Origin: Macrostomum lignano
Lineage: Eukaryota
Assembly (NCBI GenBank): GCA_002269645.1
Contig: NIVC01000105.1
Span: 907,992 to 971,991 of the forward strand
Direction of reading: 5' to 3'
Length of the DNA: 64,000 nt
The translations under genes were made by a program, and so were the position numbers. Shown one piece after another: positions 53,362 through 64,000 of the stretch (within the stretch, counting starts at the first letter, position 1; every line of letters begins with the position of its first letter). The notes beneath the pieces were generated by a model, which was not told the origin of the DNA, did not search any database, and saw only the letters and a program-made list of their open reading frames with translations.

Positions 53362-53675
53362 AGGACTGTCTCATTGAGTCAGATTTCACTGAGCAAATCC
53401 TCGCAATGCTCATTTGGCGTTCGAGAATTCGATGGAAGAGGCAGACAAAGCGGGACAGAAATTGGAAGATGACTATCGATGGTTGCACTCCAATCTCTGA
53501 TATCATATCCTATTTGATGTATACTAAAATTTCACATTCAATACGTACAATCGAGCGTAAATACTTAATTACACTTTTAAATGCTCTGCAGCAGAAAATT
53601 TTAATTTTGAACTGTTTAAACTGCGGCTGGGCTGACTGAGGTGGGTGATAAACGGAACCACTGGCTCTGACCGAG
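53362..53675. repeat. Interspersed repeat, inverted copy of 29915-30220
   Basis: See 29915-30220. The ORF-track translations share IISYLM...LLN.LQ.K.LILNCLNCGW. Confidence 0.8.
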
Positions 53676-55123
53676 AGCTTCCGTTGTGTATCGATCTATT
53701 AAACACTCTGTCAGCGGTTAGTAACAGTCAGTTCGCCTGCGGTTGAACTCTTCTTTAATATTGTCACAGCAAGCAAAGCAAAAGAAGAGATACATGCGTG
53801 TATGAGCGACATATGTTAACTGCGCACGTTGCAGAAGTAAAAATTGAAGAAAGTGATGTTCCATAACAATGATGTTCATGATGTTCAATGAAAAGTGACA
53901 ATGTACAGTTATTAAAATAAAAAAATTGAATTACATCATCAAAGTTTACCGTGCTCTGGTCTTTCAAAAGCAGTTTCTTTCTTGTGTTGGGGCAAAATCT
54001 GTTCTTGGTCGAAATCGCTATTTTTAGCTCTAAAGAAATCTGTGAGGGGTCTTTTCACTTTTGTTTGTCTACTGGGCTATTCTCAGCATCGATCGAACAC
54101 ATACGCAACCACACTCTCACGACTCTAACAACTCTAACAACTCTAAGTTGTTAAACATGAGAAATTTCTATTGTACACTCTGTTACTTGGAGTGGCCCTC
54201 ACAAACTAAGCCTCAGGCCAATTTTCGATAACGAGCACCAAATAAATGCGGTTTTTTGAGCACGGAGTTCTGGGTGCGTTTCAAAGTTCGCATTGGATTT
54301 TACTTTCACAATTGAGAGATTGATAATTGTAAATCGTGTCATAATCAGGATACTACGCTGGGAAGACACTGTTGTATCTCTAATAGATGTATAATCATCT
54401 ATTTAGCTTAATAATAGATGAGCTTAGCTTAGCTTAATAATCCGCTCAGTCGCGGTGGCCGTTTTCAGTATATTTGCATACGGTTACAGTCACGGGTATA
54501 ATTGTCTATGGCCAAAGCCACACAAATAAGGCTGGGGATACACCTGACACTAGAAAGAGTGAGATTTAGAATAAGTTCAAGACATTGAATATGTGAATGG
54601 CCATGCAGAGCAGAGCGGCTCTAGGGCTTACTGCATGGACACTGCAACCACCATGGATGGTTTTAGAACGACGATGGTACCAAAACATATGCCTTAAATT
54701 TGTTATTTTAGGTCTTGCAGATGCAAAAGACTCGTAAACTATATAATAACTACTGTAACAGTTATTTAGGCGGATATTACAGATTATTATACAGAACTTT
54801 CTTACGAAATATTTAAAGTTTCACTTCCTGCTATGGCCCATCATATAAAATACATTTTAAAAACTTAACAAAAATAACAATGCCAGTACCTGTATTTTTC
54901 AAATAACAAAAAACAGCCGTAAGGTGGTCAAATCGTCGTTTCGTTGTCTTATGCCTGCGCTTATATTTCGATTCGACAACGCACAGCCACCACAACGTGA
55001 AACTACTTAATTATCATCTGTACATTTTAAAGTCAGAAGGACATCTACAATCACGAATTAATATAACTATCTGGTTTACGTCTCTCGTTGTGTCTTCTCG
55101 TCGCTTTGCCGTCGAACAAACCG

Positions 55124-56493
55124 CTAGCGAGGTCCTGGACAAAATTGAAGTGGAATAAACAATTTTATTATTTTCTGTGAGCCTTTTAATTGTACTCCAA
55201 CACTTTACTTAGACGCTGTAGTGTACGTTTTTGCCTACAAATAAAATCACCAGTGCTCTCAAACGGCGCTTTACCAGCAGTGTCAAGGAACATCTTCACG
55301 TTGGTGCGGCCGTTCGGGTTCCACTCGTTGGCCTGGATGCCCATCTGCGCGCAGCCGACACTACCGCAGCTCGAGCATTTTCCAGCCTTGAAGTTCGCGT
55401 AGGAGTCGCAAGGGAAAGCTTTGTAGTTGCCCTGCCGATTCTCGATGGTGCTGGTCACCATCGGCAGAACTCGGAGATGGTCGCAAGAGATGCTCCACTT
55501 GGTGCCTTCGATGACGCCGTCAATAATTATGTTAATGATGGGGTTCTGCGTGCAGTCCGGCTGCTTCTTGCCACCGTTCGGATAAATATCCACGTGACCG
55601 ACCGCCTGCATCATGCCGAAGCCGCCTTTCAACACAACACTACTCAGCAGGCTGTCGCCGTCAGTGTGGATGGCGTCGACGAATCGAGCGTCCGTGGGGT
55701 CGAGCCGGACCTCCGGGTGCGTGTTCTCGAAGTACGGACCGGCCGGGTCCATGCCGGTGATGCGGCCGAGTCGCCGACTTCCAGTGAGCCTCTCGCCCGC
55801 GTATCCGGCGATGTGCGAGCCGAGGCTGTGGCCGAGCAGGTGGAACTGCTCACGGTTGGCTCCGAACTGGGTCTCCAGCCACATGATGAGCTGGGCGATC
55901 AGGGCTCCGACCACGCGAGTGTTGGCCGTAGCCTGGGTGTAGGGCAGCTGGTTGCCCTTGCTCCAATCAAGTTGGATCACATTGTAGTCTCCGTGAAGCA
56001 GCAAAGCTTTCTTCATTTCCACCATCCAGGCGGTTGTGCCAACGTCGAGGAAGCCGTGTATAATGATCTTAGTCGGTAGCCTAGGGTTAAAGTTGGAACC
56101 AGTGACGCTGGCCTTGTTGTTGTAGACGATGTTTTGAGCGGCAACGATGTTCCTGCGGGTGAACAGCGCGTATGTCGGCTGGATGCGGTCGGGGCTCTGC
56201 GGCAGCACCTGCACCGGGCGCTTCAAGACGTCGTAGAAGTTTCCACCAGTGCTGAAGCAGCCGAGACCGTCGTAACAGACTTTCATGGGGATTAATCCTG
56301 AAGTTGATCAAGTTTTTGCAGTGATTTTCGCTTTTGTAATGTTTTGAATCATTTTGCCAGTTTTATTTTTCTAGAAAGGGATAGAGTAAAGTCGTAAATG
56401 CAATTCACTCTTCTGCCTGTGCAGCTCCATGCCGACAGTCAGCTGAACACCAACTGCCAGCACACACGCAAGCAGAAAAAGTCGGATGGCCAT
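55124..56493 (-). CDS. Pancreatic lipase-related protein C, no PLAT domain (3 exons, 380 aa)
   Basis: Exons 56493-56409 (signal MAIRLFLLACVLAVG), 56297-55251 (triad and lid; donor G|GTGATT) and 55134-55124 (GA CCT CGC TAG after acceptor ttttgtccag); total 1143 nt. Confidence 0.87.
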
Positions 56494-57044
56494 CGCGGTA
56501 GCAGGGGTTCTAGATGAAGCTTGATTTGAACTCGAAGACGCCTCTATCCTTCCTTCGATTCTGCCTTTTATGGCCGTCATTCAGCTCATTATTTATGTAC
56601 TTTTGTACCCAGAAAAGCATCAGTATCACGTGGCAAATTCTCATATTTTAATTATTGTTTAGCGGATAATTTATTAAACTGTTTAGTTCGATGAATTCCT
56701 ACCTTTAGCAGGTGGAGCATTTATTCTCATACTAATTGTGCTGAAGTGCTGTGTAAACTTCCCCGCACCCCGAAATTACTTTTTAAGTCAGCAGGTAAGT
56801 CTCTCACGTAAAATAACAGTAAATCCTTCTGTATTTGCTGTTCTATTTTGCGATGCTCATTAAAGTTGTTTGCTGCAACTACTGGCTCACTAACATAATA
56901 CCGGTTGGCTATTAGCTATATGGCATCGACAACGTGTACAAGTTGAACTCAGCTATTGAACCAATAATGCACAATAGTTTTGCAAGAATTTTAGAAGTGA
57001 CCTGACAGTTCATGCAATTTATTTCTTCTGAAACTGCACTTGTT

Positions 57045-57640
57045 CTTCTGACACTCCATCGTTTCTCCTGACACACTCCTATCGTTTCTCCTGACACTTT
57101 GCACTGTTTCCCCTGACACACTCCCATCCTTTCTCCTGACACACTCCCATCGTTTCTCCTGACACACTCCCATCGTTTCTCCTGACACACTCCCATTGTT
57201 TCTCCTGACACACTCCCATCGTTTCTCCTGACACACTCCCATCGTTTCTCCTGACACACTCCCATTGTTTCTCCTGACACACACCCATTGTTTCTCCTGA
57301 CACACTCCCATTGTTTCTCCTGACACACTCCCATCGTTTCTCCTGACACACTCCCATCGTTTCTCCTGACACACTCCCATTGTTTCTCCTGACACACTCC
57401 CATTGTTTCTCCTGACACACTCCCATTGTTTCTCCTGACACACTCCCATTGTTTCTCCTGACACACTCCCATCGTTTCTCCTGACACTCTGCATCGTTTC
57501 TCCTGACACTCTGCATCGTTTCTCCTGACACTCTGCATCGTTTCTCCTGACACTCTGCATCGTTTCTCCTGACACTCTGCATCGTTTCTCCTGACACTCT
57601 GCATCGTTTCTTCTGACACTCTGCATCGTTTCTCTTGACA
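57045..57640. repeat. 23/22-bp minisatellite
   Basis: tttctcctgacacactcccatcg grades into tttctcctgacactctgcatcg. Confidence 0.93.
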
Positions 57641-57689
57641 CACACACACATCAATCCTTAAATTCGTAGATTGGTTTTAGTATCAAATA

Positions 57690-57820
57690 TTGAATACTGA
57701 ATACTGAATACTGAATACTGAATACTGAATACTGAGTACTGAATACTTAGTACTGAATACTGAGTACTGAATAATGAATACTGAATACTGAGTACTGAAT
57801 ACTTAGTACTGAATACTGCT
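57690..57820. repeat. 7-bp repeat (aatactg)n
   Basis: Direct reading of the sequence. Confidence 0.9.
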
Positions 57821-58230
57821 CTGCATCGTGATTGAGAACAGCAAGGGAGCCACAGTGGCTGAGACAGTGGAAAACATTCAGCTTTAGTTGAAACTGTACT
57901 GCCGAAAACTTGATCAATAAGCTCTGGACACTTTCTAGGCTTATGCTATACCAACAACTCCCCTTTCTATTCAAAATTCTTTCTCATATGAAATAAGCTT
58001 TAGACTTTCGTGGCAACCCCCTCCCCCTTCCCGTGAACGGAGAGGCAATGGAGAGTTGAAGCGGGCGTGGAATTGAAAATAAAAAAAAATATCGATTGCT
58101 CAATATCGAAGATCTACTGCACTCGCGGTAGATCCACGCTTCTCTGTATGAATAGCCTTGCCTTAGTAGTTGTGTCTAGTTGCCATAATAAGCTTTCACA
58201 AAGCAAGCTTAAGGAGAAGCATTCCGCAGC

Positions 58231-60556
58231 ATGGAGTGCTCAATGTTCTGCCCCATCACGCTGGTGTTCCTCATCTCCGGCAGCGTCATGGTCGTCCTTG
58301 GCATCTTCACGCATAACTGGGGCTGCGAGAACTACGGAAGTCTGTATAGCGGTGAGAGCTGCCGTCTGGGGTGTGTTTTGCGTGTTTTAAACTGCGTTCT
58401 AAAACCGACTCAAAGTCGGAAATCCCCAATCCCTTGGCAATTAAGGCAATCAAACTGAAATCTCAATGCCTCACAATGAAAACCCTAATGCATCTTAATG
58501 GAAATCCCAATGCCTCCCAATGGAAACCCCAATGCCTCTCAATGTAAAACCCCAATGCCTCCCAATGGAAACCCCAATGCCTCCCAATGGAAACCCCAAT
58601 GCCTCTCAATGGAAATCCCGATGCCTCACAATGGAAATCCCAATGCCTCTCAAATAGAAATCCCAATGCCTCAAAATGGAAACCCCAATGCCTCTCAATG
58701 GGAACCCCAATGCCTACCAATGGAAATCCCGATGCCTCCCAATGGAAATCCCAATGCCTCTCAAATGGAAACCCCAATGCCTCTCAATGGAAATCCCAAT
58801 GCCTCTCAAATGGAAATCCCAATGCCTCTCAATGGAAACCCCAATGCCTCCCAATGAAAACCCCAATGCCTCTCAAATGGAAATCCCGATGCCTCACAAT
58901 GGAAATTCCAATGACTGTCAATGGAAATCCCAATGCCTCTCAATGGAAACCCCAATGCCTCCCAATGAAAACCCCAATGCCTCTCAAATGGAAATCCCGA
59001 TGCCTCACAATGGAAATTCCAATGACTGTCAATGGAAATCCCAATGCCTCTCAATGGAAATCCCAATGCCTCTCAATGGAAATCCCAATGCCTCCCAATG
59101 GAAATCCCAATGCCTCTCAATGGAAATCCCGATGCCTCACAATGGAAATTCCAATGCCTCTCAATGGAAATCCCGATGCCTCACAATGGAAATTCCAATG
59201 CCTCACAATGGAAATTCCAATGCCTCTCAATGGAAATCCCGATGCCTCTCAAATGGAAATCCCAATGCCTCCCAATGGAAACCCCAATGCCTCTCAAATG
59301 GAAATCCCGATGCCTCACAATGGAAATCCCGATGCCTCACAATGGAAATTCCAATGCCTCTCAATGGAAACCCCAATGCCTCTCAATGGAAACCCCAATG
59401 CCTCTCAAATGGAAATCCCGATGCCTCACAATGGAAATTCCAATGACTGTCAATGGAAATCCCAATGCCTCTCAATGGAAACCCCAATGCCTCTCAATGG
59501 AAATCCCGATGCCTCCCAATGGAAATCCCAATGCCTCTCAATGGAAATCCCGATGCCTCACAATGGAAATTCCAATGCCTCTCAATGGAAATCCCGATGC
59601 CTCACAATGGAAATTCCAATGCCTCACAATGGAAATTCCAATGCCTCTCAATGGAAATCCCGATGCCTCTCAAATGGAAACCCCAATGCCTCCCAATGGA
59701 AACCCCAATGCCTCTCAAATGGAAATCCCAATGCCTCTCAATGGAAACCCCAATGCCTCTCAATGGAAATCCCGATGCCTCCCAATGGAAATCCCAATGC
59801 CTCTCAATGGAAATCCCGATGCCTCACAATGGAAATTCCAATGCCTCTCAATGGAAATCCCGATGCCTCACAATGGAAATTCCAATGCCTCACAATGGAA
59901 ACTCCAATGCCTCTCAATGGAAACCCCAATGCCTCCCAATGGAAACCCCAATGCCTCTCAAATGGAAACCCCAATGCCTCCCAATGGAAACCCCAATGCC
60001 TCTCAAATGGAAACCCCAATGCCTCCCAATGGAAACCCCAATGCCTCTCAAATGGAAATCCCAATGCCTCTCAATGGAAACCCCAATGCCTCTCAATGGA
60101 AACCCCAATGCCTCTCAATGGAAATCCCAACGCCTCTCAATGGAAATCCCGATGCCTCACAATGGAAATCCCAATGCCTCCCACCAAACAGGCTGCAACG
60201 GTCGCTGGGCGGACCAGAACCAAGCAGGCTATTACGCCAGCAAGGTGATGGTGTTCATCGGGCTGGCCTGCACCCTGCTCGCAATTGTGCTGGAGATGCT
60301 GATATGCTGCATCGAAGCCTGCCGGGTGTCGCGGGTGTTCGCCATCATACGCGGCATTTTCATTATCCTGGCATTCGTCATCCTGATGAGCTCGGTGCTA
60401 ATCATCACCCACCTGATGGGAGGAATCTACAGCTACCTGAGCCTGGCCATGGGCACCGTATTCATTTTGCAAGCGTCTAGCATCATATTCGCCAGGCTGA
60501 CCAACACCATTCACTGCGGAGCTCTGCAGGAGGAGGAGAGACCGTTGAAGAAGTGA
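58231..60556 (+). CDS. Small four-TM claudin/PMP22-like membrane protein (2 exons, 161 aa)
   Basis: Exon 58231-58351 (donor G|GTGAGA) joins exon 60192-60556 (acceptor caaacag) in phase. Four hydrophobic segments; the first loop W-GC-ENYGSLYSGC resembles the claudin W...GLW..C signature. Confidence 0.82.
58463..60182. repeat. 22/23-bp minisatellite filling the intron
   Basis: Unit aatggaaatcccaatgcctctc and variants. Confidence 0.95.
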
Positions 60557-62001
60557 ACAGCCTGCCAGTGCGGAAGTACGATAACAGTCCGTTTAACGAG
60601 GTTTTCTCTGCAAAATGCATTGGCCAGTTTACATGGGAAGTTTGCAGTTCTTTTAGCACCTGAGCACCCAATTTCTTACTTTCTGGACTTCTCAAATGCA
60701 AATTGAGTAAATAAATACTCATTCCGTCTGTGGTCGTCACTTTTGAGAGTGCAGGTAAAGTCTCTCAATATCTCAATCAAGAAGACTTAAGTTGAGGAAT
60801 GAAGTTGGGGAGTGGTGTGCGAGAGTTGGAAGGATTAAAGCTACCCGATCAGTTTTCTTGTATCTTTTACTTCAGAGCAGTCCAAGAGAAATTGCTGACT
60901 GGCGCATAGAGTGGCGGCTTTTCAATGTTGCTGAGTATATATTGCTGTTGCATTGCTGGAATAAGCAGTATTGCATCAAATTAACTGATGTATTTAAAAT
61001 TCGTAAGTTTAGGGTTTCAGACATCAGTTACCAATTTCTATTGAAAACTCCAAATTTAGCCCATGCACTTTTCTGGGAAAACCAGCGTCCAATAAAAATC
61101 GCACTATCTATTCTTCCACTTAAGAAGTCAACATGATGAATTGTTTGCCAATCGGTTTTCACGCATAACTAATCCTTGGTAAAAGGTAATTAATGCAATA
61201 ATTAAGACCCTTTGAATTTATCTTCAAGTTGCAATATGGAGTTTGTATTTTTGTCTACGGAGGTTTTAATTCCGTCATTAAAATATGTCAGTCGTTATTG
61301 TTAAGTTTGTACATAAAAATATGGGTCAGATTGTCAACAGAGGTCAGTACAGTACATGCAACATGTATTTAAAACATGCAGATCAAATCTGATTGTCCAA
61401 TTATGTCAGTATTTGTCAGAAGGGATACTTTCGTAGTCTGCAAGGTTTGTCTGTCTGTCCTGGCGATGTCGGAATATTTTTTTAACATTTGCAATTTAAA
61501 TTAAAATAGCATATACCAGCCTTTTGACTTGCATGTTGGCCAAAATAATTTTCGTGTAAAAATAAATATTGCATCGGCTGCGGATTGTCTCAGAATAAAA
61601 CAGCAACTTTATCATCATTATTTTAATGAGGCCAGTGCTAAATAAATAACTGAGACCCACTTTGCCGATCAGCACTGGTGAGTTTCAAAACGATCGACAT
61701 TACAGCAAACGGATAGACGGATATGTTCTATACCAGCGCCCACAGGCAAAGCTGCCTTGCAATGTTTAGTACTAATCGGAGCATTTACATGTAGCAAATA
61801 ATTCCATTTCATGACCGAATAGTTGACAAACAGTTGCGCAATCGCAAGCATTGGTTAGGTTTAGTCCCTTTGGTGGTACTTAGGGGAGTGCGCAGTTGCC
61901 AGTTTTATCTACGGAGCAAATACGGGGATGGCATTGCATTGCATTGCAACAAAAACAACAACAAAAACAATTTCGCAAGCAAAGTCACAGAGCAGAGTGC
62001 A

Positions 62002-62420
62002 TCAGATGGCGCGCCGCAGAGCCTGAGAGCGGACGAAGTCCGCCCCGTTGGCAGTGTCGGGCACCCCGGCGTCGCGTAGGAGGCAGTCCACGCATCGACG
62101 GGTTTGGGCCTGACACCGCATGAACGGCCCTTGCAACGTAAGCAGCAGGACATCCTGAACAGGTTGGGGCAGTAGCCCTCGGTCCGGATCACGTGGCCCG
62201 CCAGTTAAAGTCGCCGCCGGCGCAGGATGATGGACGGGCGCTGCAGCTTGGCAATCAAGCAAGTCTAGGTATAGCCTCTCACCCAACCAATCAGAAACTT
62301 AACAGCCGGAGACCAGGTAATCCACAGTGCGAATCGGCTTAGGGATGATGATGTCACAGTTCTTTGCTGATAGCTATAGCAGGTGATAGTCTCAAACTCG
62401 TCGATCGACGCCGTTGACCG
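62002..62420 (-). pseudogene. Decayed non-LTR retrotransposon AP-endonuclease fragment
   Basis: The minus strand gives DEFETITC...ALWITWSP...PSIIL, then GGDFN after a 1-nt frameshift, matching the order of APE motifs. It contains stops and frameshifts. Confidence 0.4.
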
Positions 62421-64000
62421 GGGGATTCGTCCTTGATGATGAGGGGGGGGGTTGTCGCAATCCGGGGATCAAGAGACGGTCATGACTCCGGAGGTATGAG
62501 TCCGGGAGTCCAAAAAGGTTAAGTCAGGACGGGGACGAGGGTTGAGTCCGAGCGGGCCAAAAACATCGGTTTAAATAGCCGCCAACTGGACCGCAGTTTG
62601 TTAAAATGGAACACCTGGACACTGATTGGTTGAGCCGATTTGTTATAACTGACGTCGAAGTTTCTTCTAATTGGCTGAGCTTGTTGCGACCCAAACTCAC
62701 GTGACCAAACGATCCTATTAGTTCCCTCGGAGCTATAAAAATACTCCAGGCGCTGTCATAAATCATTCAAAATGGCTACATTGATGATTTTATGACCTTT
62801 CGCGTAGGAATTACAAAAATTAATAAAAAAATGCATTAGAAAGATCTTACTGTATTAAGTAGAAGGTGAAGATGGTGAAGAGAAATTGCTAATACTTTTA
62901 GGGGTAAAACGCATAGCTGTCAGAGCTGTCACACGCTTGAGTGAACACAAGAAACAGGCCCTGACCTCATAAATCTGATGGCCTGTCAAAAATGATGAGA
63001 AAAAAGCTACCGCCCGCATCTGCTCAGTCGACCATCTGGCGCCTGCCTCAGCACTGAGTGAGGCGCAGGTGGCTGTCAAAACAGGCTCACAAGCAATGAT
63101 TTATGACTCCAAAAGTAGGGAAAACCGCACCTATGTTATTATGACTACAAGTATGGCAAAATTATGCATTCAAGGAAAATTAAGTAAAGAGGAGAAAAAT
63201 GCTCATAGCCTGCTGTAATTGTAGGCCAACAAGTTTGGAGCCCATGTGCGAACGTGAAATTTGGAAAAAAGTGCGTCCTCATCATTATATTGAATAGAGC
63301 TCTTGCTAAGACTATTGGTTAAACTTAATTCCAATGTGAAATGCATGATCAATGCGAGCAAACTTCATTTGGCGGATCTTCGGCGGACAATCTTCAGCAG
63401 GCAAAATTCATGCTGGCAAACTTTGCTCGGGCAAGCTTCAGTGGGCAGACTTCGGCAGGCAGACTTTCGGGGCAAAATGCGAAAGATTAAAAAAAGGACC
63501 ACTGTAAATTAACTGTATACGTACAGTGGTCCTTACACCAAAGACCGATTTTTGGCCATCGGAGCTAGTGTTACTAGCTCTATTGATAAGGGGAGATAGG
63601 GATCCCTGTGACGTTGTCAATTTTAGTAGCCCCGTCAGGGGCCGTTTTAAAATACGTTACCAATCTGTAATATTGTCAATTTAATGGTCCCGTACTCTCA
63701 CGTCTGCTTAAAGTAGTGACCAAAGAATTTTAAATAACTTGCGTACGTTTGTAAGCCTAATTACAGTAGGCGATCGATAATTTCTGTTTTTCTCGCCGGC
63801 CAATCGAAAAGCCGGGCAAAAATTATGTTAGCCTGAAATTAAGTTCTCCGCGCGCACCCACCCCCAGCCCGCTCTTTATCAGTCCTGTCTGGCTGGGGCG
63901 CTCGGGTGTTCCCCTTTCTCCCCTTTCTTTGCCTCTTGCTTTTTTCTTGTTTACTCGTTAGCCAGCCTTATGCTCCTTAGACCCTTGCCACACCGGCACT

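Noticed and set aside
46955-56079. Plus-strand ORFs of 282-367 aa opposite the lipases
   Set aside because: Antisense shadows of the lipase exons.
58498-60480. 250-550-aa MEIPMP/NGNPNASQ ORFs
   Set aside because: Translations of the intronic minisatellite. Only the part after the 60191 acceptor is protein-like.
61905-62192. Cys-rich defensin-like peptide (GYCPNLFRMSCC)
   Set aside because: No signal peptide or proper start, and the region is better explained as a decayed endonuclease relic.

Overview
Eukaryotic (invertebrate) genomic DNA. The Kv1 T1 domain closely resembles molluscan/lophotrochozoan Kv1, and the GC-rich exons with dozens of different minisatellite arrays recall flatworm genomes such as Macrostomum; both points are inference, no search was run. 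From left to right: (1) A young, complete but pol-less LTR retroelement on the minus strand (2556-8717) with near-identical LTRs, a 4-bp TSD, a tRNA-Leu PBS and a PPT. It carries a mini-Gag and an unexplained 291-aa accessory ORF with its own TATA box, and a 1.1-kb hAT-type element has inserted into its 5' LTR. (2) The last two exons of a serine-rich coiled-coil (CCSER-like) gene. (3) About 27 kb in which short unique islands alternate with more than 20 distinct minisatellite and microsatellite arrays; several islands hold phase-compatible candidate 5' exons. (4) A Shaker/Kv1 potassium channel whose core is one coding exon. (5) A GATA-embedded 272-bp x4 tandem unit. (6) Three tandem pancreatic-lipase-family genes on the minus strand. 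Only the last has PLAT exons; the other two end in a conserved G-P-R-stop mini-exon. All share a homogenised catalytic core and a junction-encoded convertase site. (7) A small claudin/PMP22-like four-TM gene whose intron is almost all tandem repeat. (8) A decayed LINE endonuclease fragment. The strongest candidates for new biology are the retroelement accessory gene and the lipase cluster architecture. Coordinates were counted by hand; repeat boundaries are approximate.
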